A stretch of 60,343 bases of DNA, filler included, from Dugesia japonica (taxonomy: Eukaryota): the NCBI GenBank assembly GCA_001938525.1. It is 6 parts of 6 records of this genome, joined end to end, with 100 filler letters (N's around TTAATTAATTAA, not from the genome) between each part and the next. Parts side by side here need not be neighbours in the genome. Positions count along the whole stretch, not along the records: positions 32,167 to 42,566 come from MQRL01621946.1; positions 42,667 to 51,282 come from MQRL01612665.1; positions 51,383 to 60,343 come from MQRL01282259.1; 3 more parts are not named here. One strand, given 5' to 3'. The notes below the pieces were generated by a model that searched no databases, was not told the DNA's origin, and worked only from the letters and a program-made list of their open reading frames with translations. This document shows, piece after piece, positions 39,441 to 51,779 of the stretch (position 1 is the first letter of the stretch; each line of letters starts with the position of its first letter). Position numbers and translations under genes: made by a program.

Positions 39441-39479
39441 ATAATTCCTGAAGAAGATAAAGTCGAAATATAGAATTAT
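39441..39479 (+). ncRNA. Minimal type I hammerhead ribozyme motif (Penelope-type)
   Basis: ATAATTC-CTGAAGA-A-GAT-AAA-GTC-GAAA-TATA-GAATTAT: perfect 7-bp stem I, CUGANGA core, 3-bp stem II, GAAA, a palindromic AUAU in place of stem III, and an AUA cleavage triplet. Confidence 0.7.
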
Positions 39480-39599
39480 TATTAAAAACCAAAAAAAACA
39501 AATTTTGATCGAAGCTTTTATTTTAATGAATTCTGAAAAACGAGCAGTAGTCCTACAATTATTATCGCAATAATTTTACAAAATATTTAAAAACCTAAT

Positions 39600-40215
39600 A
39601 AAATGAAATTAATTCAAAATTAATTAACGTTTTGTAAAATAATATTAAATAACCAATGAAAATATCGTAAAATTAATAAATTAATTTGATTAATTGAAAA
39701 TTACTANTTTATTAATTAATATATTAAATAAATTTTGTAAATTTAAAATTTATTAAATTAATTAATCAATCAGAATAAAATATTAAGTAACCAATGAATA
39801 TCCAACCTTTTAATTAATTTTGATTTATTATAATAATTAAGAATTTAATTTAATTAATTAAAAATTAATGATTTAATAAAATATTAAAGTAGTTTTGTTA
39901 AACTAAATTAATTAACCAATCAGAATAAAATATTTAAAAACTAAAAAAATTAAATTAATGGAAAATTAATTAACTAATTATAAAATATTATTAAATAACC
40001 AATGAAAATATCCTTAAACTAATTAATTAATTTATTTAATTAATTTTGATTTATTAAATATTACTAATTAAATATAATTAATATATTAAATTAATCTTGT
40101 TTAATTAANNNNNNNNNNNNNNNNNNNNNNNNNNNNNNNNNNNNNNNNNNNNNNNNNNAATTAACTAATTATAAAATATTATTAAATAACCAATGAACAT
40201 ATAGTTAAACTAATT
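39600..40215. repeat. Very AT-rich degenerate satellite (TTAAATAACCAATGAA / ACCAATCAGAATAAAA units)
   Basis: ACCAATGAA/ACCAATCAGAA motifs recur in an almost pure A/T background. Confidence 0.7.
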
Positions 40216-41266
40216 AATTAATTTAATAAATTCAAATTGACAAATCAATGCACCCACCGGCTGATCTGATATGTTAAATTTCGTAACCAATTTCCCAGTA
40301 TTGATATCTTCACTAGCCAAAGCGTCATAATGAATACCATCGTAAAGAATCAAAATTTTATCAGAATAGTTTTTATCTTCTCCAAATCGATCGATTCGAT
40401 CAAAATTGATATTCACAACGTCAATTTCAAATTTATTCAAACTATTCAATAAATGCATTTCAATTGATCTGCCCCATTTTCTTACCTTAAGTAGAAAATA
40501 CATTATTACAATTATAATTTCGTAACCCTTACATCCATAATCCATTCGCAATACGTTTCTAGAGTTTTGCCTTCAAGAAAAGTTATATCGAATTTATCAG
40601 GCTGACTAAGTAACATCGCAGCAATAAGCTGTCTTTCATTGACTGTACTGAAACCAATTAAACTGGCATTGTTCAAGCAGAAATATACACTAGCAAAAAG
40701 ACATAAATTATCAGCAGGAATAGTTTGCTTAGTAAGAATAGTTGCCGACATTTTCTGTTGTGATTCCAGCAAAGATTCTAAATAAATATTTTCGTTTTCA
40801 TCATTTTTATCATTTTCTTTATTTCGAACAGGCTCATCATTTTTCGTCTCAATTTTTACTATTTCATCCGTACATTCCAACTTTAATTTTTTACATGATA
40901 TACTTTCTTCGATTCTTTTCAAAATTATACAATCACCGGATTTTATTTTTGCCTAAAATGAAAAATCAAAATATATAAAACCAAAACGTTTGTACATTTA
41001 AATCATAAATTCTAATATAATAAAAATTATGTAGTGCAATGATTTTTTAATAAAGAAATAAAAGTAATTACTTCTAACAATGTTAATTCTAAATCCATAA
41101 GTATTGGCTTTGGAGGAAAACCTGTTAATAAATTTACTTCATCATTTCCTATATTAGTGACCTTTCGTATCTCATCAACTAAATCCTGAATAGTGCTAAT
41201 AGCTAATAAATTTACCAGAGTACAAGAGGAATCGCATTTTATTTTCAATTTAATGGAAGAAGTCAT
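40210..41266 (-). CDS. YOD1: OTU1/YOD1-like deubiquitinase (UBL + OTU), three exons; C-terminal zinc finger not seen
   Basis: Exon 1 UBL/UBX-like (LLTGFPPKPI); exon 2 IKSGDCIIL...IPADNLCLFASV; exon 3 KWGRSIEM...DRFGED...ILILYDGIHYDAL. Catalytic D, C and H are present; GT-AG introns at ~40953-41071 and ~40487-40532. Confidence 0.88.
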
Positions 41267-41399
41267 TCGTTTTTGAAACAATTGGATATTAACAAGTATT
41301 TGTGAAAAGTAGTTATTAATGTCGTTTTTATTTCACTAAAATAATTACAGTTTTAATAAAGTCTATTAATAAATAAATTAATATAATTTATTATTAAAA

Positions 41400-41555
41400 T
41401 GATTTTGAAAAAAGTTCTACACTTTTATGATTTGTTAAGAAAAGTTTCACGCTTTATGAATTATTTTTAAAATATTTCCACATTTTATGAGTTGTTTTTG
41501 ACAAAGTTCCACACTTTTATGATTTTTTAGAGAAAAGTGATACACTTTTATGATT
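41400..41555 (+). repeat. Minisatellite, about five copies of a ~30-32 bp unit ending CACACTTTTATGA
   Basis: Visible tandem units AAAGTT(C)CACACTTTTATGA just upstream of the OTU gene start. Confidence 0.8.
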
Positions 41556-41689
41556 TTTAAAATAGAAATAAACAAAGACAAAATTAAATCTCAAAAAATC
41601 CTTTTTATTTACATTAAAATATTACAATATTAAAACTCTAATTTTTTACTAATTTCTTTTAAAATATATTAATTATTGTAATTATTGAA

Positions 41690-42030
41690 AATCACGTTAA
41701 TGTTAGGTTTCTCCTATTCAATTAATATTTGTTCATGTTTCTTTCTGTGAAGTGTAGAAATTTAACATGTTCCTAATGTTTTCCATGTAATATGATGATG
41801 TGCTGGTAAAAGATTATGTTTGATTTGAAAGTATTTGAAGGCTTCACTTTCTTTCTGTTTGAGATGTTCTTTAATTCTTGTGCGGGTGGTTCTGCATGTT
41901 TCTCCTATATATGTATCCTTACATAAGGTGCATGTTATTTTGTAAGTGATAATTTTCATTGCATATATTTCTACCATCACAAATGCATTCGGGAACACAA
42001 AAATTCTGTCTTGGTTTCTGTAATTGGATA
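41690..42030 (-). mobile_element. Penelope-like element GIY-YIG endonuclease 3' fragment
   Basis: ITYKITCTLCKDTYIGETCRTTRTRIKEH...H; homologous to the fragments at 10133-10925. Confidence 0.85.
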
Positions 42031-42666
42031 CCCAATTTGAAATATATGTTTTATAATAAAAGTATACAAAGACTTACCTCTTTATTTTCTCAGCAACCAA
42101 CATGATTTGGCGATTTTTAACTAAGTTAGTCATGATCACCGGAAATTTTCTATCGAAAAGACTAGTTTATAATTAAATTCGAGAACAAAATATTTTTCGA
42201 AAAAATTATTTTTAGCTAGAAATGATGCCAAGATCATTGTGAATCACAACACTTACATCAACTTACACATCACCTTCATAAACTTTGCACCCAAAAATAC
42301 ACCTGCACTTTCAACACACAATACCTACAACCTCCAATACTCTCAGTGCCCGCATCATCTTCAAAAAAATTTCTGCCATAAATAAATTGAAAAAAATCAA
42401 ACAAAATTTTAAAATTCCTAGAAAATCCCCTTTGATTTTTAAATCTGTGAGGTAAATTAAATAGACAGATTGATTCGGGGAATTTTTTTGTAACAAATCA
42501 ATAAAAGAATAATAATTTAGAATAAATATCAGAATTAATAATAGTAAGATCAGAATAAAACATTTTNNNNNNNNNNNNNNNNNNNNNNNNNNNNNNNNNN
42601 NNNNNNNNNNTTAATTAATTAANNNNNNNNNNNNNNNNNNNNNNNNNNNNNNNNNNNNNNNNNNNN

Positions 42667-42830
42667 TACTTTAAAAGCACTTAAAGACGTTCTTCGTTTA
42701 ATTCGGATGGTCGACCAAAGTAAGACATTTTTCGTAGCTTCGTGTCACTTCCATGGTGTTTTGGCCACGACGAAAGGCAACATAAAATAAATGTAGAAAG
42801 TGAAAATTTTTTTTATCACTTAGAATTTTT
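42667..42830 (-). mobile_element. Mariner N-terminal (HTH) fragment
   Basis: NFHFLHLFYVAFRRGQNT followed by GRPSELNEERL. Confidence 0.55.
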
Positions 42831-43057
42831 ATTTGTAGAACTGAAAATATAGATACAATCAAGTGATAGATAAAGATGATTATAACAAGTATGTTTATGA
42901 GAATGAGAAATTTCAAATAATTATATACAATTTGCCAAACAAACATTAAAATACACAAAATAATAATATTAAATAATTTCATATTGAAAATTGTCAAACT
43001 AAATTTTCGTAAATTTAAATTTAAATTTTAAAATTTAAAAATTAAATTTTTCTTACT

Positions 43058-45553
43058 TTAAGATCTCTGAGCTCTGAAAAAGTGTCAACTATAATACCGA
43101 ATATAATGTTGAGCCCGGTAATAGTAATGAAAATGAAGAAGAATAACTGGAAAATTAAAATGATGCTAAACTGAGTGAATGCACTGTCCGTTTGATTCAT
43201 GTAATACGAATGAGGAACAGTGTACTAAATAGCAATACTATAATTACAACGATACTCATAAATCAACAAAATACCTGATATAAATCTCCAACTATTCCAA
43301 ATCTTATCAAAGACACAAATGTTTGTACTAAAGTATCGGCATACAAATAATTTTCGGCATTGAAAGTAGAACGAAGAAAGCAGAAGGCAAAAATCGAAAA
43401 AATATACATTACAACCACCATCAATATCATGACCCAAATTAGAACACGACCTGGTAAATGGAAAATAATAAACCAATGTTATTAGTTTAAAATTAATGAA
43501 CCATTTTTTGTGACTGAAGCGATTACACCCTTGAGAAGTTGGTTGTTATGTATAACATTGAACATGTGAAAAACGTATAAATACGGATACCATATTCCAC
43601 CAAGCGACATGGCTAATGAGATCTGAATTATCAAATTTGATTAATGTAATAAATTTATTATAGTACCCAATATTTACATATTGTTATAAAAAAATTACAA
43701 TGACGAAGGAGAAACATAAAATCTGTGCATTTTGGAAGATAAATATTGATTTAAATAGAACATTACCTGATCTTTGAAGTTAAATCAGTTATCAACAATT
43801 GCATTTCAAATCTTTATGAAATATATCACAAAATTAATCATGTTAAATTATGCTTGACTAGATGTACCCCTTTTTATGTACTTAAATAATATGACTGTTT
43901 ACAATATTTAAAAAACCGATAAAAGGTTGTCGTTAGTTAACATCCTCTTAGTCAACCACNNNNNNNNNNNNNNNNNNNNNNNNNNNNNNNNNNNNNNNNN
44001 NNNNNNNNNNNNNNNNNNNNNNNNNNNNNNNNNTAAAATGACAAGAAAAATAAACTCACACAACAATAGAAAAATCGCATAAACGAAAACAGTGAAACCT
44101 GCTGATCAGATCCATTTTTAACATTTTCAGAATCACTTTCATCTTGTTTCTTAAAAAGAGAAACAAATTTCTGTCTGAAATTTATATAGTTATCAAAATA
44201 ATAATTTCATAGGTTTTACTGGAGGTTTTTAAAATAACCATGGATAGTTTTAGGTGATGGCCTGACAGTAATGAGATATGTGATCAGAATCAAAAATGCT
44301 ATGACAGCATGGGATATTCCCAATCCTTTTACTACGTTTTGAAAAATAGTGTACTCAGGTTTCCAAATGATTGAATAACTACAAAATTTCTGTATATCTA
44401 CTGTAAGAAAATAAAGAAACTTACTTATTGAAAGCTGGACCTTTATCTGGACCAGGTCCATTAAGATCTATAAAACCACCATCAGGAGCTTTGACTCCAA
44501 TTAATAACAAAATATTTATTACAAGACTCAGCAATGTGAGGAAATAATTCATCGCATTCCTAAAACGGATTTCATTATAAATATAAGNNGTCTAATATTG
44601 GTATTATTAATAAATTACCATTGCTTTGTGATAAACAATAAAAGTGGATAACGAATGATTTTCCGTTGGAAACGCATGTCAGGCAAAATCAATTTCGACC
44701 ACGTAATGAAAGACCGGATTTTATTACTCGGTGTTGTACGATCAACTTCCCATTTAACTTTTTCTTTCACTGATTCTCTTAAAACCTCTTTTCGTTTCAG
44801 TCTAAAATGAATTCTTTGCAATTGATCGCCTTTCAAGATCTCAATTGATATTGAACCTTTCTTAAAATATCGAAACGCTTTCATTTGTTGATCATTTATT
44901 TGAAAGTCTTCATTCAAAGCATTACGATTATTTAATTAAAATGTAGGAAAAAATGAAAACCTTTGAATAATTTCCCATTACATAAATCTTCTAAACGAGC
45001 AAGAATCAAGAAAAATGTAAAGCCGACATCATAAATTTTATTTCTCATCAATTTTTCTTTGGTTTTCTAGAGATTAATTATTTTCATAAAACTTTATCCT
45101 TTTAATTTATTGAATATTCACCTCCATCATTTCCAAACACCGGGCCATCGTTTTAAATACAGCTTTAATATCGAGTGTAATTTTTATTTCCTATTTCCAA
45201 ATTATCAATGAAATCCGTTTCCAAATTGATGACAAAATTACTTTTGCTAATTCTGTTTCATATTTTCCATTTTCTTCGATTAATGCCATAATTACTCGTC
45301 CGATTACCAAAAATAATTGTATAACATTATGCATTTCACAAATTTCACTTATTTCATCATTTCTCAAAATAAAATTTGCATAATCAACCACTTTGGCTCG
45401 ATAGACAACAGAACGATTTTCTTGATTTCCCTGNNNNNNNNNNNNNNNNNNNNNNNNNNNNNNNNNNNNNNNNNNNNNNNNNNNNNNNNNNNNNNNNNNN
45501 NNNNNNNNNNNNNNNNNNNNNNNNNNNNNNNNNNNNNNNNNNNNNNNNNNNNN

Positions 45554-45622
<69 letters not shown>

Positions 45623-45974
45623 TATACCATTATGGTTTCCTTGATAGTATCAAAAGCTTGGATATTTAAATCAATGGTTGAATGGCGAACATTGGCATAA
45701 ATATTTCCAAGAAATTGGACTACCATACTTACCACATCAACAGAAGTGCGATTATCGGGCTGCGTTCTTAAATAATTCTAAATAAAGCTATCAAATTGTT
45801 AATGAGAAATTATTCCTCACTTGTAATCCTTGATATTGTCCAACGCACATTCGAGATAAAAGTTGAAGAATTAATTTAACATTTTGATGAGGATCATTTC
45901 TCATCAATTCTAATACTTCACCTTTTATCCATGCACTATTATCTATAGTTTTATCAGTTGAAGATATTGATTCC

Positions 45975-46041
<67 letters not shown>

Positions 46042-46091
46042 NNNNNNNNNNNNNNNNNNNNNNNNNNNNNNNNNNNNNNNNNNNNNNNNNN

Positions 46092-46157
<66 letters not shown>

Positions 46158-46270
46158 CAAAATTTGTTCATTTAACAAGTTTATTATTTGAATCTTTCAA
46201 CTAGAATTTCACTGGAAATTCAATTAATCATCAATGGAACACAATTCATTTCTTTGGAAATGATTATTTT
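43058..46270 (-). CDS. C-terminal portion of a divergent IP3-receptor/RyR-superfamily Ca2+ channel (RIH-associated domain plus TM/pore), partial
   Basis: Spliced exons read LSRMCVGQYQGLQNYLRTQPDNRTSVDVV...FDTIKETIMGNQENR...VVDYANFILR (RIH-associated), SIEILKGDQLQRIHF...KWEVDRTTPSNKIRSF, TM helices, then DTLVQTFVSLIRFGIVGD and FFFIFITITGLNIIFGIIVDTFSELRDLK (S6). Upstream exons may extend to ~47600; the last exons are lost at the contig end. Confidence 0.88.
45554..46156. repeat. (TAA)n microsatellites within introns of the channel gene (45554-45622, 45975-46156); another at ~23215-23311
   Basis: Pure ATT runs next to N gaps. Confidence 0.95.
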
Positions 46271-47753
46271 GATTTTAAATTTTAATTGAAAATTAAAAAA
46301 TTAATTAATTCATAGGCCAATTAAAATCTTTTATTATTATGTAATACGTAATTCTCTAAATCAAATAACTTTTTCAAATATCATTTACATCTTTTATTAT
46401 GTCTTGCTGGTTTTACTCGGCTACCACGCTCTTCATACAAAAAATTGGCGCGGATTTCGTTATTAATTACCGAAAAAAAGGTTCTTTAATAATTTACACA
46501 TGAAAATTGTTATCACAATATTGAGCTGAAATAACGATCTAAAATAATATCTAATGGAATGGTATTAAATAATAATAAATTTAAACAAATACGAAACAAT
46601 AAAATTCAACTATTCAAAAATCATTTTTCTTAAGATAATATTTATATTGTCAATACTTATTAACATTATTTGCAACGATTTAAAATTGGAAATATCAATA
46701 TCAATAATAATTGGATAGTATACATCGTTTAAATATTTTTTACAAATTAATAAAAAAAAAAAAATTTGAAATATTCAATAAAAATATGGAAAATAATGTT
46801 TATTAAATTTTAATTTTAGGCCCACAAATACTAACCATATTTAAAAAAAAAACTCTTTCTACATCCACTTCTATGAGATGTGACTAAGAATTGTATAATA
46901 TTTCTATATTGGTGTCTGAGAGAGTAAATTGGCATATCTATTTGATAATAGGTGAATGCGTAATTGAATGTACTAGTATGTGTTTAATTTGAAGTGCTCA
47001 AACATTACAGTGTCAATTTTGTTGAATAAATATATTTTGTGCTTAATTCTATTTCCAAATCTAACAACTTCAACATTTCTTAGTAATTCTAAAACTTTCA
47101 GCAATAATTAGAGAATTGTAATTTACGATATACTGAACTTTATTTATTTGGTTACCAATTACGCTATGATTTCCAGTTGTTGAGAGATGATGAAAAGTCG
47201 CCTATGTATTTTTTAAACATCACAACAAAGATAGGTTATGAAAACAATTACTTCAAAAAGAAAATCTAAATTAAAGAAAATAAAGAATTAATTTTTATAT
47301 ATTTTTTCATATTTATTACTGACAAAAATTTGATTGTGGATAGAAATATAGCCATTATATTGCTATTATAAAAAAAATTAATAAAAATAAATCTACCAAC
47401 CTTTGTTACCACGCTTTTCAACTCATATTCATCATGTAAATTATTCGGAAAAAAGGAATCTGATTTATCTAGAGATTTCATCTCGTAATGAGACTTATTT
47501 ATATTTTGAGGACAACACAGCAGAGGTGTTTTGGCAGTTACTTCGTTTTTAACTTTTTCTGGAGCATAGATTTGTCTCATTTGTCTGGTCATAAAACTTT
47601 CCTAGATTTATTTTATAATCTGATTAATTTTATATTAAAAGAAAAACATTAAATTAAATAAGTTAGCCCATGAAAGTTTGAAACATTTTTTCGAGATTTT
47701 CATTTCTTTTCCGAATTATTTTTTGAGCAATAAATTTCAAAATAGATTAAAAG

Positions 47754-48061
47754 ATTGTCCATAAATAACATCACGAGCTCAGGGGTATGACGATGGGAAA
47801 TAGGAGTTNNNNNNNNNNNNNNNNNNNNNNNATATTAGTGAATTTTGTTTGAATATCGCGATGTTATGTTAAATAGCATATTTTGGATTATTGAAATTTT
47901 ATTGGAATTGTATCTTTTAAAAATGAAATATAGCAAAGATTTTTTTGTGAAGAATCTGTGTAACGTCACATAATGGGGGTCAGACATTATGGGATGAAGT
48001 ATAATGAGGGGGGTGGGGTCAGGAATCTACCAAAATTGCGTGCCGTCATATATGGACGGCC
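47754..48061. mobile_element. PIF/Harbinger-like MITE
   Basis: Imperfect TIRs: left GTCCATAAATAACATCACG; the right end reverse-complements to GGCCGTCCATATATGACGGCACG. G-rich subterminal tract. Confidence 0.55.
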
Positions 48062-51000
48062 ACTGAAAGATTTTGTTTTATTGGAGCACTTAAGTGAAAG
48101 AAAAACATTAATATATCAATTTCAAGTTATGTGAATGTAATCAATCAGACATAGATATCTGTGTTTAAATAATGATTTTTGTAATAATATAATGATGAAC
48201 GTTTAGTTTGAGTCTAACACTTCTAATTAATCCAGTAACCCAATCTAGGGGAAATATTATTCGTGGACGACTTTTAGAATTTAATTATTTAAATTTACGG
48301 GTTCTGCTTATGATTATATTTCCACGTAGGCTATATATATATAAATATATGCCCAAGTACACATTCAGTTGCAATCCCTTCCCCTCTTCGTACGTAAAAT
48401 CTCCGAAATCCAACAATTCCTTCCTACACCCTCAATTCGTTTGTAATATATAGATGGCTCCTGATAGAAATATTTTGAAAATCATTCATTAATAATCTAT
48501 CAGATATTATTTTTATAAATATTAAATGGTATTTTTATTCCTGGTAAATTGAGAAAACTATTTAAAAATTTATATAAAACATTATTAATTTGGTATCTCA
48601 TTTAAAATGAATTTCTTCAGAAATCTCTTAACAACATAACCAAATATCTTGTTATAAATCAAGAATATTCAGGAAATACCTTACAAATATAATGACAATA
48701 AGTCTACAGAAGTTTCCATTTCAATGAAATAAGTCTATTAAGTTATTGTCTTTCTATAAAATATATCAGTAACAAAGCTTAATTAACAAATCAAGTTCAT
48801 CAAGAACATTCCTACAATTATTCGTTTTCATTTTAATAATTTATAAACATAATTTATTCTCTTAGGCTGACGATGAATTATTTTAATAAATAACCATTTT
48901 CATCTCAAGATTTATTAAAAAGAAAACATCAAAATACACTCTAAACAAGTTAAAATGTTTTTCCTCCATCTAGTTTGTTGACTGCTTCCAAATTTCCTTG
49001 GCAGAATGTCAATTTTATGTCAAAGATATCCTGGTTCTTCGGAATAATTCACACTAGGAAATTGTACATTAATTCAATCAAATGATTTTCAATTTTGACT
49101 GTCTGTTAATTTGGATGTCTGTGAAAGTATCGATAGAAAAGCAGAGCATAATTAACTCTACAGTGCATGATTTTTTTGATTTTAAAAAAATATATAATTT
49201 CTAAAATCCACCACACGTTCGACGAAAAGACAAATACTAAGAGAATTTTTAGGTTATATGTTGTCTATGGTATACCGTTATGTTGCTGGATGATTCAACT
49301 TTGCACTGTCATGCATTTAAGACACAAAAATGCTTTAAATACAAAGCTATGTGTAAAAAAATATGGTGATGCATATATGAATCAACATGCACTGTAGGGT
49401 TAACATTATGCTAGTAATCGGTTCGAAAGAGTTTGCTCAAAATGAACAAAACGACTTTATTGTTATGATAAATAATTTGGTTGTTCTTTCGCTGGTTAGA
49501 AATAATCTTCGGGACTTACCACGTATTTCACAAGACATTTTAACGCAAATAACTTTACTAATAATTCTATTTGACAGTAATAGTTGACAAGGTAAAGCAA
49601 TTTCTATGTTATTAAGATTTGTATATCAACAGCACATAGTTTTCTTTAGATATAAATTTTTACAGACACTTAAGAATTGTAGCCTGAGATTTAATTGAGT
49701 AGGAGCGATGTGAAGCGGTGCACAGTAGATAGGAATGCTAGAAAGTAGCCAAAAGTCACATTTTGAATTATAATTTTTGTCTTTCCTCAAATAAGTAAAA
49801 ACAGCATCAACTTCAAGAACAAAAATTTAAATTTTCACCAATCATACAAATTTATGAAATCATAATTATTTTAGATTTCTTTTATATCATAAAAATGAAT
49901 TTGCGAGAATTTGCATGGATATTTTTACAAATATTCTTTACAATGAAAAAAATATAAAATTCTGCACTAAATTCATCGTGTGTGTTGCAGGTGTGTGGGA
50001 TAATATTTTTTGAAATTTTAAAATTTTTTGAAATACTCAAAAATGTTTTCACTGATTTCAAAAAAATTAACTCTAATTTTTTGGAAAATTTGCTATAAGA
50101 TAAAATATTATATTTTGTTTCGTTTATTCCCTAAATTTGGAAATAAATAAAAAAAATCATTTTCTGAATGTTTTAGCCCTAAAAAATCATCGTTGTCTAG
50201 TTTGTTTGTATTTAAACGCGCAAAGACCCTGAAAACTTCCAGAAATTGAAGCGGGTAATGTTTAGAAGGTCTTATTAAAAATTTAAATAGCACCATTTTT
50301 TAACTGAATATTCTGGAAAACAAATTTTCCATTTAAAATCTATTTTTCAATACAAAGATCAAAATGATGTTTTTCTTTTTTCAAAGTAGGTTCAATATTT
50401 CGACTATACATTCTTCGGGAAATATTGTTCAATTCAATCTGGTTATAAAAGTTTAAATATAAATACAATTTACATTAATCTGATTAAAATTAATTTTCCT
50501 TGGTCACCAATTATTACATCATTTTTTTCCCACAAAAATTTGAAATTTTGCTTATATTGTTATTATCAACGTTGATTAAATTATAAATTATTTTTTTACA
50601 TAGGATATACCTTATAGGAATATAGCAATCAAAGATGGGAAGAGTCTCTGACTTGGAGGTTAATATTTATCAAAATTGGCATCACTCCAGGACTTTTTAA
50701 TATTACAGGATTACATTACTGGTTGTAACACAAGTTACAAAGTTAAAAAATCTTATCATATTCTTTGAATAAGCAAGAATTTGACATTAAATTTTCTTTG
50801 AAATCAAGTAAAAATCATCAAAAGTAAATGTCATGCTTGGTTAATCAGTTATTATAAAATCTATTATTTATGAAGCTTAAAATCTCAATAACTAAATAAA
50901 AAGTCATTTAAAATAATTAAAAATACAATGAAAGATAAATTAAAACTATTCTAAAATATAATTAAAAAATAATTTTTTCTTCAATACAACATTGTGAAGT

Positions 51001-51779
51001 ATAGTGCTAATGCTTAGAATATGGAACTTAAGGTTTTTTCTCCGAGGGACGTCCCTAAACTAATATTTATTCAATCGAAATTGCTTATTTTATTTAAAAT
51101 TTTGAATTCTCAATATAGTTGTGATTTGTATTAGGAATTCATTCATCTTAATAATAAATATCCAATTCACTGACTGATTCAATCTGAAACTCTAGTATTT
51201 ATTACTGACAGTTATCAGTAAGTATATATTTTTTATAAAATGTTCATATATTTGTAATACTTACATAAAATAAACAAAAAAANNNNNNNNNNNNNNNNNN
51301 NNNNNNNNNNNNNNNNNNNNNNNNNNTTAATTAATTAANNNNNNNNNNNNNNNNNNNNNNNNNNNNNNNNNNNNNNNNNNNNACAACCAATAAACCTAGT
51401 ACATTCAATGAACTCGATACATTCATTAAACTTATACATTCAATTCATTTACGTATGTGACTTACATGTTGTATTCAATCCTGTCATTCATTTTAATCAA
51501 CTCGTTCAAGTTAAGCAATACAGTCACACTATCCATTGAATATGCTTAATTTGTCTCATTAGACATAAATCAATAAGCGAAAGTCACTATTTTCATTAAA
51601 ATAAACACTNNNNNNNNNNNNNNNNNNNNNNNNNNTTAACATTATTCTATAGTTATAATCCATTTCATCTTACAACTAGTGATACAGGTAATTAAATTAC
51701 ATAGTTATATAAATCTTTCTTTAAGGTAAATACAGTAAATTAATCCATTAATCAATGAACACAGCAAAGTCTATATGCA

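Noticed and set aside
42078-42400. Exon-like segments on the minus strand (LFDRKFPVIMTNLVKNRQIMLVAEKIK), plus similar ones at 7210-7315, 9550-9920 and 50600-50770
   Set aside because: No recognisable domain or consistent gene model could be supported.
45317-46191. Poly-Ile/Tyr/Asn/Leu ORFs in the ORF track
   Set aside because: They are translations of (TAA)n microsatellites and N gaps inside introns.
46850-48470. Possible further upstream exons of the IP3R-like gene (incl. ORF 47266-47592)
   Set aside because: They are plausible by strand and splice-like sites, but I could not build a consistent frame or recognise motifs, so they were left out of the call.
48950-49750. Possible very old hAT remnant on the minus strand
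   Set aside because: Only faint motif resemblance (H..LNL); too degraded to call.
10077-51338. Five identical TTAATTAATTAA palindromes at ~10 kb spacing
   Set aside because: Each is centred in N padding and is a six-frame stop linker for concatenating contigs. It is not biological, and it rules out treating the ATPase (2 kb) and pPolB (56 kb) as one element.
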